Positions 1 to 9,187 of a stretch of 64,000 nt of DNA are shown piece after piece (the stretch's first letter is position 1; each line of letters starts with the position of its first letter). Origin of the DNA: Vampirovibrionales bacterium (GTDB lineage Bacteria; Cyanobacteriota; Vampirovibrionia; Vampirovibrionales; Vampirovibrionaceae); NCBI GenBank assembly GCA_039794365.1, contig JBDIVN010000006.1, forward strand, positions 71,390 to 135,389, read 5' to 3'. The position numbers were made by a program, and so were the translations under genes. The notes beneath the pieces were generated by a model that worked only from the letters and a program-made list of their open reading frames with translations, was not told the DNA's origin and made no database searches.

Positions 1-108
1 GACTGCCGCAGTAGGCCGAGCCGTTATACTCCACCAGCAACGCATGGCGCTGCTGGAGAATAAAAGCTTCCGTTGCCGGAGAGGTCATTTGCCGCCGCTT
101 CTTGGTCC

Positions 109-513
109 CTAATCAACCAGTTCGATCACGGCCATCGGTGCCGCATCGCCCCGGCGCGGAGGCGCCTGGATGATACGGGTATAGCCGCCCTGGCGTTTTT
201 CAAACCGGGGGCCGACGTTGCGGAAGATCCGGCGCAGAACGGTTTCAGGAATTTCCTTGCCGCTTTTGCCGTCCTGGATCAACTCACCGGTTTTCTGGTT
301 GTAGATCAACCGGGAAACCTGGCGGATGGCGTGGAGATCGCCGCGCTTGGCCAGCGTAACGATCTTGTCGGACACCTCTTTGAGGGCCTTGGCCCGCGGC
401 AGGGTGGTCGTGATCTGATCGTGGGTGAACAGGCTGGTGGCCAGGCTGCGCATCAGGGCCTTGCGTTGGTCGGCGGGTTTGCCGAGGTGATGAACTTTTC
501 TGCGGTGTCTCAT
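109..513 (-). CDS. rplQ: 50S ribosomal protein L17
   Basis: 134-aa ORF with the typical L17 sequence (RHRRKV…HLGK…); last gene of the alpha operon, downstream of rpoA. Confidence 0.9.
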   Translation of the reverse strand: MRHRRKVHHLGKPADQRKALMRSLATSLFTHDQITTTLPRAKALKEVSDKIVTLAKRGDLHAIRQVSRLIYNQKTGELIQDGKSGKEIPETVLRRIFRNVGPRFEKRQGGYTRIIQAPPRRGDAAPMAVIELVD

Positions 514-543
514 GGCGCTTTGGTTCCTGTCTTCTGAATCGCT

Positions 544-1524
544 CTAGTAGGCGGACTCGATTTCCGCATCTTCCGGGTTCGGCTTGAGATTCAGCCCGAA
601 CGCCTTGAGCCGCTCGATCACCTCGTCGGACGATTTCTTTCCGAAGTTCTTGATAGCGAGCAGATCGGCCTCGGACTTCTGAAGCAGTTCGGAAATGCTG
701 TTGATGTTGGCCCGCTTGAGGCAGTTGAACGCCCGGACGGACAGTTCGAGATCCTCAATGGTAATGTTGGCGGCCACGTTGTCCTCTTTGGGCTTTTCCT
801 CTTCCTTCGGCTGGGGCACAAGGGTGGGAATGCCGGAAAGGGACGCGATGGGCACCAGGTGCTCAATGAGGATGTTGGCGGCCTGGCTCAGCGCGTTGCT
901 GACCTCGATGCTGCCGTTGGACCAGATTTCCAGCACCAGTTTGTCGTAGTCGGTGCGCTGGCCCACGCGGGTTTCCTCAACGGTGTAGGCCACCCGCCGG
1001 ATCGGCATGAAGGCGGCATCGATCATCAGGGTGTCCACGGCCTTGCCCTTGCTGGTGACGTGATCTTCGGCAGACACGTAGCTCCGTCCGGTCTCGCAGG
1101 TGAGATCCGCATGGAAACCGCCGCCTTCGGTCACGGTGCAGATTTTCCAGTCCGGGTTGACGACCTTCACGTCGGCAGGCACCTCGATGTCGCCGGCAAA
1201 CACCGGGCCGGGCTTGTCCACGTCGAGTCGCAAGTACTGCGGCTCGTCGCTTTCAGACCTGAGCACCACACCCTTGAGGTTGAGCATCACGTCCAGCACG
1301 TCCTCGACAACGCCGGGAATGGTGGTGAACTCATGGGTGACGCCTTCAATGCGAACAGACGTGACGGCCACACCCGACAGGCTCGACAGCAACACACGGC
1401 GCAGCGAGTTGCCCAGTGTGGTTCCGTAGCCCCTTTCCAGCGGCTCAATCACGTATTTACCGTAGATGGAACCATCGGAATCGGTGGTCGTATTGACGCA
1501 TTTGATATTGAGTTGGTGCTCCAT
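544..1524 (-). CDS. rpoA: DNA-directed RNA polymerase alpha subunit
   Basis: 326-aa ORF with alpha NTD and CTD motifs (…SVRIEGV…; C-terminal …ISELL…DLL.IKNFGKKS); conserved position between rpsD and rplQ. Confidence 0.92.
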   Translation of the reverse strand: MEHQLNIKCVNTTTDSDGSIYGKYVIEPLERGYGTTLGNSLRRVLLSSLSGVAVTSVRIEGVTHEFTTIPGVVEDVLDVMLNLKGVVLRSESDEPQYLRLDVDKPGPVFAGDIEVPADVKVVNPDWKICTVTEGGGFHADLTCETGRSYVSAEDHVTSKGKAVDTLMIDAAFMPIRRVAYTVEETRVGQRTDYDKLVLEIWSNGSIEVSNALSQAANILIEHLVPIASLSGIPTLVPQPKEEEKPKEDNVAANITIEDLELSVRAFNCLKRANINSISELLQKSEADLLAIKNFGKKSSDEVIERLKAFGLNLKPNPEDAEIESAY

Positions 1525-1583
1525 GTTCGGCAGAGGCCTCCAAAGAATTTCTGAAACTTTAAAAGGGGATGTGCGCAGTTTTC

Positions 1584-2183
1584 CTAGCGCGAGTAGTACT
1601 CGATGATGAGCTGCTCGTTAATGGTCTGGTCCATTTCCTCGCGTTCGGGAACGGAAAGGAACTTCACGGTCAGGTTTTTGACGTCGGTCTCGATCCACTG
1701 GGGAACGTGGGGAGAGCGGCCTTCCTGGAGGGCGGTCACCATCGCCCTGCTGCGCTCGCGGATGGTGATGACATCACCCGGCTTCATCAGGTAGGAGGGG
1801 ACGTTCACCTTCTGACCGTTGACAAGCACATGGCCGTGAACAATGATCTGCCGGGCCTGAGGCCGGGAATGGGCGAGGCCGGAGCGGTAGAAAATGTTGT
1901 CCAGGCGGCTTTCAAGGCGCTGGAGCAGGATGGTGCCGGTCACGCCCTTGCGGCTGGCGGCATACTGGTATATTTTGCGGAACTGCTTCTCCAGCAGACC
2001 GTAGGTCCGGCGCACCTTCTGCTTCTCGCGCAGCTGGATGGCATATTCGGACAGCTTCTTGCGGGCCTGGCCATGCTGACCCGACGGATAGGGACGACGC
2101 AGGCTCTCGGTCTTCGGATACCCGTCAAGGGTTCCGCCCGAATTGCGGGCCTGCTTGGTAACGGATCCTCTGTAACGTGCCAA
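1584..2183 (-). CDS. rpsD: 30S ribosomal protein S4
   Basis: S4 signature (ARYRG…LREKQKVRR.YG). The probable TTG start at 2183 is preceded by AAAGGAG; the track ORF extends to a GTG at 2231. Confidence 0.85.
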   Translation of the reverse strand: MARYRGSVTKQARNSGGTLDGYPKTESLRRPYPSGQHGQARKKLSEYAIQLREKQKVRRTYGLLEKQFRKIYQYAASRKGVTGTILLQRLESRLDNIFYRSGLAHSRPQARQIIVHGHVLVNGQKVNVPSYLMKPGDVITIRERSRAMVTALQEGRSPHVPQWIETDVKNLTVKFLSVPEREEMDQTINEQLIIEYYSR

Positions 2184-2200
2184 AACGGGGACTCCTTTGA

Positions 2201-2593
2201 TTACACGCGACGACGCTTGGGAGGACGGCACCCGTTATGAGGGATCGGGGTGACATCCTTGATCATGGTGATTTCGAGTCCGGCTACCTGCAACGCCCGG
2301 ATGGCGGTTTCCCGACCGGCTCCGGGGCCGCTGACGTAGACCTCGACGGAACGCATCCCCTGATCCATGGACTTACGGGCCACGGATTCGGCTGCCTGCT
2401 GGGCCGCGAACGGCGTCCCCTTGCGGGCACCCTTGAATCCGGAGCTGCCGGCACTGGCCCAGGCAATCGCATTGCCCTGCGGGTCAGTCGACGTCACGAT
2501 GGTGTTGTTGAACGTGGATTGGATGTGAACGGTTCCCTGGAGAACGTTCTTTTTCTCTTTACGCTTTTTGGTCGCTTGTTTCGGTTTTGCCAT
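2201..2593 (-). CDS. rpsK: 30S ribosomal protein S11
   Basis: 130-aa ORF with the S11 C-terminal motif (…[13 protein letters not shown]). Confidence 0.92.
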   Translation of the reverse strand: MAKPKQATKKRKEKKNVLQGTVHIQSTFNNTIVTSTDPQGNAIAWASAGSSGFKGARKGTPFAAQQAAESVARKSMDQGMRSVEVYVSGPGAGRETAIRALQVAGLEITMIKDVTPIPHNGCRPPKRRRV

Positions 2594-2649
2594 GGCGGTC
2601 TAACCTGTTCCTGTCGTCTCTATGCTTGCTGCTTCAAACGGGGACTTTT

Positions 2650-3018
2650 CTAGGCTTTTTTCTTCATCGGAGCGCCGCGACGGCCCCGACGGGTTCTGGC
2701 GTTGGTCTTGGTGCGCTGGCCGCGGGCTGGCAGACCTTTTCTGTGGCGCTGGCCGCGATAGGAGTTGATCTCGATAAGCCGCTTGACGTTGAGGCCCTCC
2801 ATCCGGCGAAGATCGCCTTCCACCTGGTAGTGGCTCTCAATCTCGTCTTTCAGGGCCGTCACTTCGCTCTCGGAAAGATCCTCGACCCGTTTGTCGGGAT
2901 CGATGCCGGTGGCTGCCAGGATTTTCACGCTCAGCGTGGACCCGATACCGAAAATATAGGGGAGGGCAAACCGGATTTTCTTTTTCCGGGGAAGATCGAC
3001 ACCTACGATTCTAGCCAT
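2650..3018 (-). CDS. rpsM: 30S ribosomal protein S13
   Basis: 122-aa ORF starting [10 protein letters not shown], which is diagnostic for S13. Confidence 0.92.
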   Translation of the reverse strand: MARIVGVDLPRKKKIRFALPYIFGIGSTLSVKILAATGIDPDKRVEDLSESEVTALKDEIESHYQVEGDLRRMEGLNVKRLIEINSYRGQRHRKGLPARGQRTKTNARTRRGRRGAPMKKKA

Positions 3019-3236
3019 TAACGACTCCTAAACTGTTCAAACCTGTCTGATTACGGACAATCTGCGGGTGGGGTCAATAAAGTAATGTAAAAACGATAGG
3101 GAATCAAGAGGTTACACCGAAAAACGCCGCGAGGGGATTAACTTTTGTAATTGTGCCGCCGTGGAAAGGACACGGCAACGGGCCGGTCGCAATGACCGGC
3201 ACCTTATTGCGACCCGTCGGCGCCCGCCATGGACAA

Positions 3237-3350
3237 CTAGCCCTGACGCTGCTTGTGCTTGGGGTTTTCGCAGATAATCGCCACCCGGCCCCGACGACGG
3301 ATGACCTTGCACTTTTCGCAAATCTTTTTAACGGATGCGCGCACTTTCAT
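3237..3350 (-). CDS. rpmJ: 50S ribosomal protein L36
   Basis: Hand-translated 37-aa [40 protein letters not shown]; it is below the ORF-track length cutoff. Confidence 0.9.
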   Translation of the reverse strand: MKVRASVKKICEKCKVIRRRGRVAIICENPKHKQRQG

Positions 3351-3388
3351 GGCGGTTTGAAATCCTTCTTTCTTTCGTTGGGAACACC

Positions 3389-3607
3389 TTATTTTTTAAG
3401 CCGGTAGGTGATGCGTCCACGGGTCAGGTCGTAGGGAGAAAGCTCCACCTTGACCTTGTCGCCGGGCAATATCCGGATGAAATGCTTTCGTATCTTACCA
3501 GAAATGTGGGCCAGGACAACCATGCCGTTTTCCAGTTCGACCATGAAGGTCGCGTTGGGCAACGCCTCGTTGACGGTTCCTTCCATTTCAATGACGTCTT
3601 TGGCCAT
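3389..3607 (-). CDS. infA: translation initiation factor IF-1
   Basis: 72-aa S1-like IF-1 (MAKD…GTV…NA.F.VEL.NG…). Confidence 0.92.
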   Translation of the reverse strand: MAKDVIEMEGTVNEALPNATFMVELENGMVVLAHISGKIRKHFIRILPGDKVKVELSPYDLTRGRITYRLKK

Positions 3608-3660
3608 GGGTTTGTTTCAGCCAGCCTGTTCCATTTACACGCAAATCCGGATGCAACGCC

Positions 3661-4431
3661 CTAATCAAGGATTGTGAGGATGTCGGGATCACCTTCCGTA
3701 ACGACTACTGTATGCTCAAAATGGGCCGATGGCAAGTGGTCTGTTGTCAAGACGGTCCACCCGTCCTCGGCGGTGTAGACGTCGTCACCGCCCAGGTTGA
3801 ACATTGGCTCGATGGCCAGCACCGAACCCGGACGCAATACCGGTCCGCGCTGCCCCGTACGGAAGTTGTGAACGAAGGGTTCCTCGTGAAGCTTGCGCCC
3901 GACCCCGTGGCCGCCGTAGTTTCGCACCAGGCCGTAGCCGTATTTTTTATTCACATCCTCCACCGCGCCGGAGACATCCTCCAGGTGGTTGCCGTCACGC
4001 ATCATGGCGATGGCCGCAAAGAGGCTCTCCTTTGTGGCGTCCAGCAGCTTCTGCAGATCCTCAGGGATTTCGCCCACACCCGCCGTAAAGGCGGCGTCGG
4101 CAATCATGCCCTTGTACGTCGCGCCCACGTCCACGCTGATAACGTCCCCTTCCTTGAGGACCCGCTCTTCGCTCGGAATACCGTGGACCACCTCGTCGTT
4201 GACGGAGGTGCACAGCGTCGCGGGAAAACCGTAATACCCCTGAAACGTGGGCAGGGCGCCGGATTTTCGGACATGCTCCTCGGCAAGGGTGTCGAGTTCC
4301 TTGGTGGTGATGCCGGGGCGCAGGTTCTCGCGCACCAGGGCATGAACTTCGGCCACGATGCGGCCCGCCTTTTTCATCAGGCTGATCTCGTGGCGGGATT
4401 TTCGATCGACGGTTGCGCTCATAATACTCAT
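3661..4431 (-). CDS. map: type I methionine aminopeptidase
   Basis: 256-aa ORF with M24A motifs (…GATYKGM.AD…, GHGVG…HE.P). Confidence 0.9.
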   Translation of the reverse strand: MSIMSATVDRKSRHEISLMKKAGRIVAEVHALVRENLRPGITTKELDTLAEEHVRKSGALPTFQGYYGFPATLCTSVNDEVVHGIPSEERVLKEGDVISVDVGATYKGMIADAAFTAGVGEIPEDLQKLLDATKESLFAAIAMMRDGNHLEDVSGAVEDVNKKYGYGLVRNYGGHGVGRKLHEEPFVHNFRTGQRGPVLRPGSVLAIEPMFNLGGDDVYTAEDGWTVLTTDHLPSAHFEHTVVVTEGDPDILTILD

Positions 4432-4468
4432 TTTATCCGATTCCCAAAAAGACGCTACACGCCTGACG

Positions 4469-5296
4469 CTAGACGCGAACGACTTTCATCAGGAGAGCAA
4501 TGGCCAGGGGCACGGCCAGCGCCAGGAGGATTCCCAGGGTTTTGCTCAGCCCCGGCTGCGGCTCCTTGAGATAGTTTTCCATGTTCAGCAGCAGTTCCTC
4601 GGTGATGGCCTCCGGCTTGCGATCCCCGTTGAGTTCGGTCAGCAGGCCCATGCCGTCGAGCTTGTCGATCATCGGCTGGGTGTCCGCCTTGAAGGATTCG
4701 AGGCGCTTGCGCACCACCTCTTCCTTGTCGTCGTCGCGCTGGTAATAATCCGGGTTGCTGGCCAGGAAGGTCTTCTCATCGGTCGTGCCGGGATCGAACC
4801 CAGGCGGGTGGAAGCCCGCGATGCGCAGGTTGTAGACGTTGCCCGTGGGCTTGTGGAAGACCCGGCCCGCGGCGCGGTCAATCAGGGTTTGGGGGTCCTC
4901 GAACTTGAGGTAGAAAGCCTTGGCGAGATCGGCGCCCACTTTATTGCACATATCGAGCAATTTGTCGAGTTGTTCGATATTGCGGGGGAAGCCGTCGAGG
5001 ATGAAGCCGGTGACGTTGGGGTTCTTGCGGGCGGCCTTGGTCAGCCCTTCTTCCAGCACCCCGATGACAATATCGATATCCACCAGCTTGCCCGCCTTCT
5101 GGGCATCCCGGATCTTCTGACCCAGCGGGTTACTCTCGTCGGCGGCAGCTTCACGCAGCAAGGCGCCCATATCCACCTTGGAAAGCTTGTCCGGGTATGT
5201 TTTCAACAGGGCACCGGTCTGGGTCCCCTTGCCGCCATTGGGCGGGGCGATGAACGGGAAAAACCGCTTACCTTTCAAATCCTGCTGTTCAGCCAT
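4469..5296 (-). CDS. adk: adenylate kinase with extended LID and C-terminal hydrophobic tail
   Basis: P-loop PPNGGKGTQ and the GFILDGFPRN motif. ATG at 5296 is preceded by GGAAGGAG. The last about 25 aa (LGILLALAVPLAIALLMKVV) are TM-like. Confidence 0.85.
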   Translation of the reverse strand: MAEQQDLKGKRFFPFIAPPNGGKGTQTGALLKTYPDKLSKVDMGALLREAAADESNPLGQKIRDAQKAGKLVDIDIVIGVLEEGLTKAARKNPNVTGFILDGFPRNIEQLDKLLDMCNKVGADLAKAFYLKFEDPQTLIDRAAGRVFHKPTGNVYNLRIAGFHPPGFDPGTTDEKTFLASNPDYYQRDDDKEEVVRKRLESFKADTQPMIDKLDGMGLLTELNGDRKPEAITEELLLNMENYLKEPQPGLSKTLGILLALAVPLAIALLMKVVRV

Positions 5297-5396
5297 CGGA
5301 AAACTCCTTCCAAACCGTGAAATTGCTGTGTTCATTTGCTTTTCCCCTTTCCCCCGGTGTCTCTCTCAGTGATATTCAGTTTTCAGTGAACGTTTG

Positions 5397-6725
5397 CTAC
5401 TTGAGGAAGCCCTCGTATTGCCGGGCTAGCAGATGGACCCGGATCTGGTTCACCGTATCCAGTGCCACACCTACCATGATGATGAGCGACGTGGCCCCCA
5501 GACCGGCGAGAGTCGGAATCCGGAAAACCTGGGGCGCGTAGGACGCAATGAGCGTAATACCCGCAATGGCGAAGGCCCCGATCCAGATGATGCGCGTGAG
5601 GATCTCCTCCAGCTTGTCCGCCGTCGGCTTGCCGGGCTTGACGCCGGGAATGGAACTGCCGTACTTCTTCAGGTTCTCCGCAATCTCCTTGGGCTGCATG
5701 CTGGGGATGATCGAGGCATAGAAAAAGGTGAAGAAGATCACCAGCCCGAACATGATCAGACCGTAGAACCAGCCGTTGGAACCGATCCAGACCTGGTAGA
5801 AGGTCTTGGCCTCGGCGAAGAAGCTGCCCGGTTCCGGGGTGGCCAGGTTGAAGACCGTATCCGGAAAGGCCAGCACCGCGAAGGCGAAGATGATGGGCAT
5901 CACCCCCGCCGGATTGATCTTGAAGGGGATGTGGGTGTTCTGGCCGCCATAGATCTTGTTGCCCACCTGGCGTTTGGCGCTGACGATAAAGACGTTTCGC
6001 GTGGCTTCCTGGAGGATGATGATCAGCCCCACCAGCGCCAGGAAGACGGCCAAAAGCAGCACCAGCAGGAAGGACCGTTCCGGGTCGCCGGAAACCAGGG
6101 TGTAGGTCCGGTCCGCATAGACCGGAATCCCGGCCAGAATACCGATAAAGATGAGCAGTGACCCGCCGTTGCCGATCCCGCGCTCGGTGATCATCTCGGC
6201 CAGCCACAGGGCGAACACCGCCCCGCCGGTCAGCGACGCCACCGCCGCGATCCAGAAGAACGTCGGGTCCACGCCGGGCAGCAGGCTCGTCCCCCCCTGG
6301 GTAATCAGGCGGACAATGAGCGAGCCTTGCAGGATGGCCAGCGCCACGGTGAGATACCGGGTAATCTGGGACACCTTCTTGCGGCCCTGCTCTCCTTCCT
6401 CTTTCTGCAACTCCTCCAGGCGGGGAATCACCACCGTCATCAGCTGCATGATGATGGAGGCGGTAATGTAGGGACCGATGCCCAGCGCCAAAATGGAGAG
6501 CTGACCCAGGGCGCCGCCGGAGAACAGGTCCAGGAAGCCGCCGAGACCCCCCTGAAGATACTGCGCCATCGCGTCCGGGTGTACGCCCCAGATGGGGATC
6601 TGTACACCCAGACGGTAGATGGCAATAGCCGCAATGGTAAAGAGGATTTTTTCCTTGAGTCCCGACGCCTGGAACATCGCAACCAGATCATCGAGCCGGG
6701 GTACCTGGGACTTGGGTTTTGCCAC
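5397..6725 (-). CDS. secY: preprotein translocase subunit SecY
   Basis: 442-aa multipass membrane protein with conserved SecY motifs, in the canonical operon position. Confidence 0.93.
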   Translation of the reverse strand: MAKPKSQVPRLDDLVAMFQASGLKEKILFTIAAIAIYRLGVQIPIWGVHPDAMAQYLQGGLGGFLDLFSGGALGQLSILALGIGPYITASIIMQLMTVVIPRLEELQKEEGEQGRKKVSQITRYLTVALAILQGSLIVRLITQGGTSLLPGVDPTFFWIAAVASLTGGAVFALWLAEMITERGIGNGGSLLIFIGILAGIPVYADRTYTLVSGDPERSFLLVLLLAVFLALVGLIIILQEATRNVFIVSAKRQVGNKIYGGQNTHIPFKINPAGVMPIIFAFAVLAFPDTVFNLATPEPGSFFAEAKTFYQVWIGSNGWFYGLIMFGLVIFFTFFYASIIPSMQPKEIAENLKKYGSSIPGVKPGKPTADKLEEILTRIIWIGAFAIAGITLIASYAPQVFRIPTLAGLGATSLIIMVGVALDTVNQIRVHLLARQYEGFLK

Positions 6726-6763
6726 GGAAAAACTATCCTCTTCGAATCAATTCAACGGAACGT

Positions 6764-7288
6764 TCACTCAGCACCGACCAGGACGACGGAGCCACCGGCG
6801 CCTTCAAGCTTCTCGCGGGCACCGGGCGTTGCGTAGTGGGCATGCACCGTCACCTTGCGCTTGCAGTCACCTTTGCCCAGCAGACGGAGTCCGTCCATGC
6901 CAGGGCGCAGCAGGCCGCGCTCGATGAGCAGGTCATAGGTCAGTTCGGTTTCGTCCGGCAGAAGCACTTCCTCAAGATCGCAGACGTTGAGTTCCAGCCA
7001 TTTACGAACGTTGGGCTGGAAGAAGCCCTTGAACTTGGGGAGCCGACGGTAGGCCGGCATCTGTCCGCCTTCGAAGCCCCGTTTCTGGGAGTTCCCGGAA
7101 CGCTGACCTTCACCGTTATGGCCGCGGTTGGAGGTTTTACCGGCACCGGACGCCCGGCCCCGGCCAACCCGAAGCTTGGGCCGGGTTGCGCCCTTGGCCG
7201 GGCGCAGGGAGGTCAGGGTGATTGCCGGGGATTCCTGGGAATCCTGGCCTTGCCTGGATTTTGTTTTCGCTGAAGTTGTCTTGGCCAT
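6764..7288 (-). CDS. rplO: 50S ribosomal protein L15 with about 25-aa N-terminal extension
   Basis: L15 core (…RVGRG.ASG.GKTS.RGH.G…GFEGGQMP…RRLPKFKGF). Its start abuts the rpmD stop. Confidence 0.88.
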   Translation of the reverse strand: MAKTTSAKTKSRQGQDSQESPAITLTSLRPAKGATRPKLRVGRGRASGAGKTSNRGHNGEGQRSGNSQKRGFEGGQMPAYRRLPKFKGFFQPNVRKWLELNVCDLEEVLLPDETELTYDLLIERGLLRPGMDGLRLLGKGDCKRKVTVHAHYATPGAREKLEGAGGSVVLVGAE

Positions 7289-7290
7289 TG

Positions 7291-7479
7291 TTATGCCACC
7301 TCCACGGTAATCAGGTGGGAAATCCGGGTCACCATTCCCTTGATGGTGGGACTGTCGGCATGCTCGACCACGTCGTGCAGCTTTTTCAGTCCGAGGGCCC
7401 GGGCCACCTTGCGGTGCTTCTCCGGGCGTCCGATCAGGCTGCGGGTCAGCCTGATGCGGAGTTTTTTCTGTTGAGCCAT
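7291..7479 (-). CDS. rpmD: 50S ribosomal protein L30
   Basis: 62-aa ORF (…LRIRLTRS.IG…) lying between rpsE and rplO. Confidence 0.88.
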   Translation of the reverse strand: MAQQKKLRIRLTRSLIGRPEKHRKVARALGLKKLHDVVEHADSPTIKGMVTRISHLITVEVA

Positions 7480-7502
7480 GATGCGTGTTACCTCCGAAAA
7501 AG

Positions 7503-8054
7503 CTACTGAAGAATCTGCGACACTGTCATACCACGGCCTTTGGCAATCGTTTCAAAGGTCCTGAGTTCTTCGAGACCTTGAATGGCTGCGCGGGCCACGT
7601 TCAGCGGCGAGTTCGATCCGAGGGATTTCGAGAGAATGTCGCCAATGCCGGCCAGTTCAAAGACGGCACGGGCGGCCCCCCCGGCAATCACCCCGGTCCC
7701 TTCGGAGGCGGGCCGCATCACGATGAAGCTGCCGCCGGCTTTCGCCTTGACCATGTGGGGAATCGTACGGTTGTGCAGCGGGACGTCAATCAGGTTCTTG
7801 CGGGCCGCAGCGACCCCTTTCTGAATGGCGCCGATGACTTCGTTGGATTTGCCAATGCCCAGACCCACCTGACCGTTGTTGTTGCCAACAACCACCACGG
7901 CTCGGAAGCTCAGCTTCTTGCCGCCCTTGACGACTTTCGTCACGCGGCGGATCTGGATGACTTTCTCTTTCCAGTCACTGTCGCCAGCGGCCTGCGGGGC
8001 ACCCTGACTCGGATTTGCCAACTGCTGCTTTTGCTTGGCTTGTGCGTTGTCCAT
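7503..8054 (-). CDS. rpsE: 30S ribosomal protein S5 with a Q-rich N-terminal extension
   Basis: S5 core (…RVTKVVKGG…VVVGN..G.VG.G.GK…). ATG at 8054 (MDNAQ…) follows an AGGA. Confidence 0.88.
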   Translation of the reverse strand: MDNAQAKQKQQLANPSQGAPQAAGDSDWKEKVIQIRRVTKVVKGGKKLSFRAVVVVGNNNGQVGLGIGKSNEVIGAIQKGVAAARKNLIDVPLHNRTIPHMVKAKAGGSFIVMRPASEGTGVIAGGAARAVFELAGIGDILSKSLGSNSPLNVARAAIQGLEELRTFETIAKGRGMTVSQILQ

Positions 8055-8207
8055 CGTTGATCCAAATCCTTCAATTAATACGTAAATTTGAGAATCGCCA
8101 ATGTAACACAACAGCAAATCACGAAGCAAGCAACCTTCTCCCGCACGGACGCTGTTATATGAGGGAGAAAATTGTTTTTCCGGTCCAGTTCACGCTACAT
8201 TTTAGGC

Positions 8208-9179
8208 ATGAGCATGATTCACGTCCTCAAAACCAACCGCCTGGTCCAGTTTCTCATCGTCGGCCTGTGGCTGCTGCTGGTGGGATTCCTGCTGACCGTG
8301 CGCACCGTGGGCGAAGCCGGCCCCCACGCCATCGAGCCGCTGCCGGTCCCGCCGACCCAGGAAAACGGCCCGGACGGTTTTGACTTCCTGGTCATCGGCG
8401 ACACCGGCTCCGGCGCGTCGTTCCAGTTCGACGTGGCCAAACAGATGATGGCCCGCTACGAGCAACAGCCCTACACGCTGGTGCTCCACGTCGGCGATAT
8501 CATCTATCCCAGCGGCGAATTCCGCAAAAGCGGCGACGAACTGTACAAAAAAGTGTATGCCCCCCTGATGGACAAGGGGGTCGAATTCAGGACGGTTCTG
8601 GGCAACCACGACGTCCGTTACGGTTACGATCCCGGCGCCCTGGCGTTCTACGGCATGCCGGACCGGTATTACCATTTTTCCAGGGGCAACGTGGATTTCT
8701 TCGCCATCGACACCAACATCATGAACCGGGACGAGCAGCGCCAGTGGCTGGATGAGGCCCTGGCAAAAAGCGACGCCCGCTGGAAGATCGTCTACGGCCA
8801 CCATCCCATCCACTCATCCGGCCAGCACGGCCCCAACACCGCCCTCAGCCGACGGCTGGCACCCCTGCTGATCAAACACGGCGTGGATTTCTACATCGCG
8901 GGCCACGAGCATAACTACGAGCGCTTTGAGCCGATCCGGGGCGTGGTTCACCTGGTTTCCGGCGGCGGCGGCGCCTGGCTGCGCTCTTTCGCCAAAGAGC
9001 AGCCCCATTCCAAGGTGCGCCTGAGCACCCATCATTTCCTGGACTTCCAGGTCCGGGGGGACACGATCCGGTTTCAGGCCGTCGACAAGACCGGCCGGGT
9101 TATCGACGCGGAAGTTTTCAGGAAGCAGCCCGCCATCCGACCCCTGACCAGGGACCAGAAACTGAAACCTGCCGCCTGA
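8208..9179 (+). CDS. calcineurin-like metallophosphoesterase (purple-acid-phosphatase-like), membrane-anchored
   Basis: N-terminal TM segment followed by the metallophosphatase motifs GD.G…GD..Y…GNHD…GH.H. Confidence 0.7.
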   Translation: MSMIHVLKTNRLVQFLIVGLWLLLVGFLLTVRTVGEAGPHAIEPLPVPPTQENGPDGFDFLVIGDTGSGASFQFDVAKQMMARYEQQPYTLVLHVGDIIYPSGEFRKSGDELYKKVYAPLMDKGVEFRTVLGNHDVRYGYDPGALAFYGMPDRYYHFSRGNVDFFAIDTNIMNRDEQRQWLDEALAKSDARWKIVYGHHPIHSSGQHGPNTALSRRLAPLLIKHGVDFYIAGHEHNYERFEPIRGVVHLVSGGGGAWLRSFAKEQPHSKVRLSTHHFLDFQVRGDTIRFQAVDKTGRVIDAEVFRKQPAIRPLTRDQKLKPAA

Positions 9180-9187
9180 CGAGCAGG

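Noticed and set aside
73-1554. Plus-strand ORFs 73-537 and 859-1554
   Set aside because: They are antisense to rplQ and rpoA, which have unmistakable ribosomal and RNAP sequences. Shadow ORFs.
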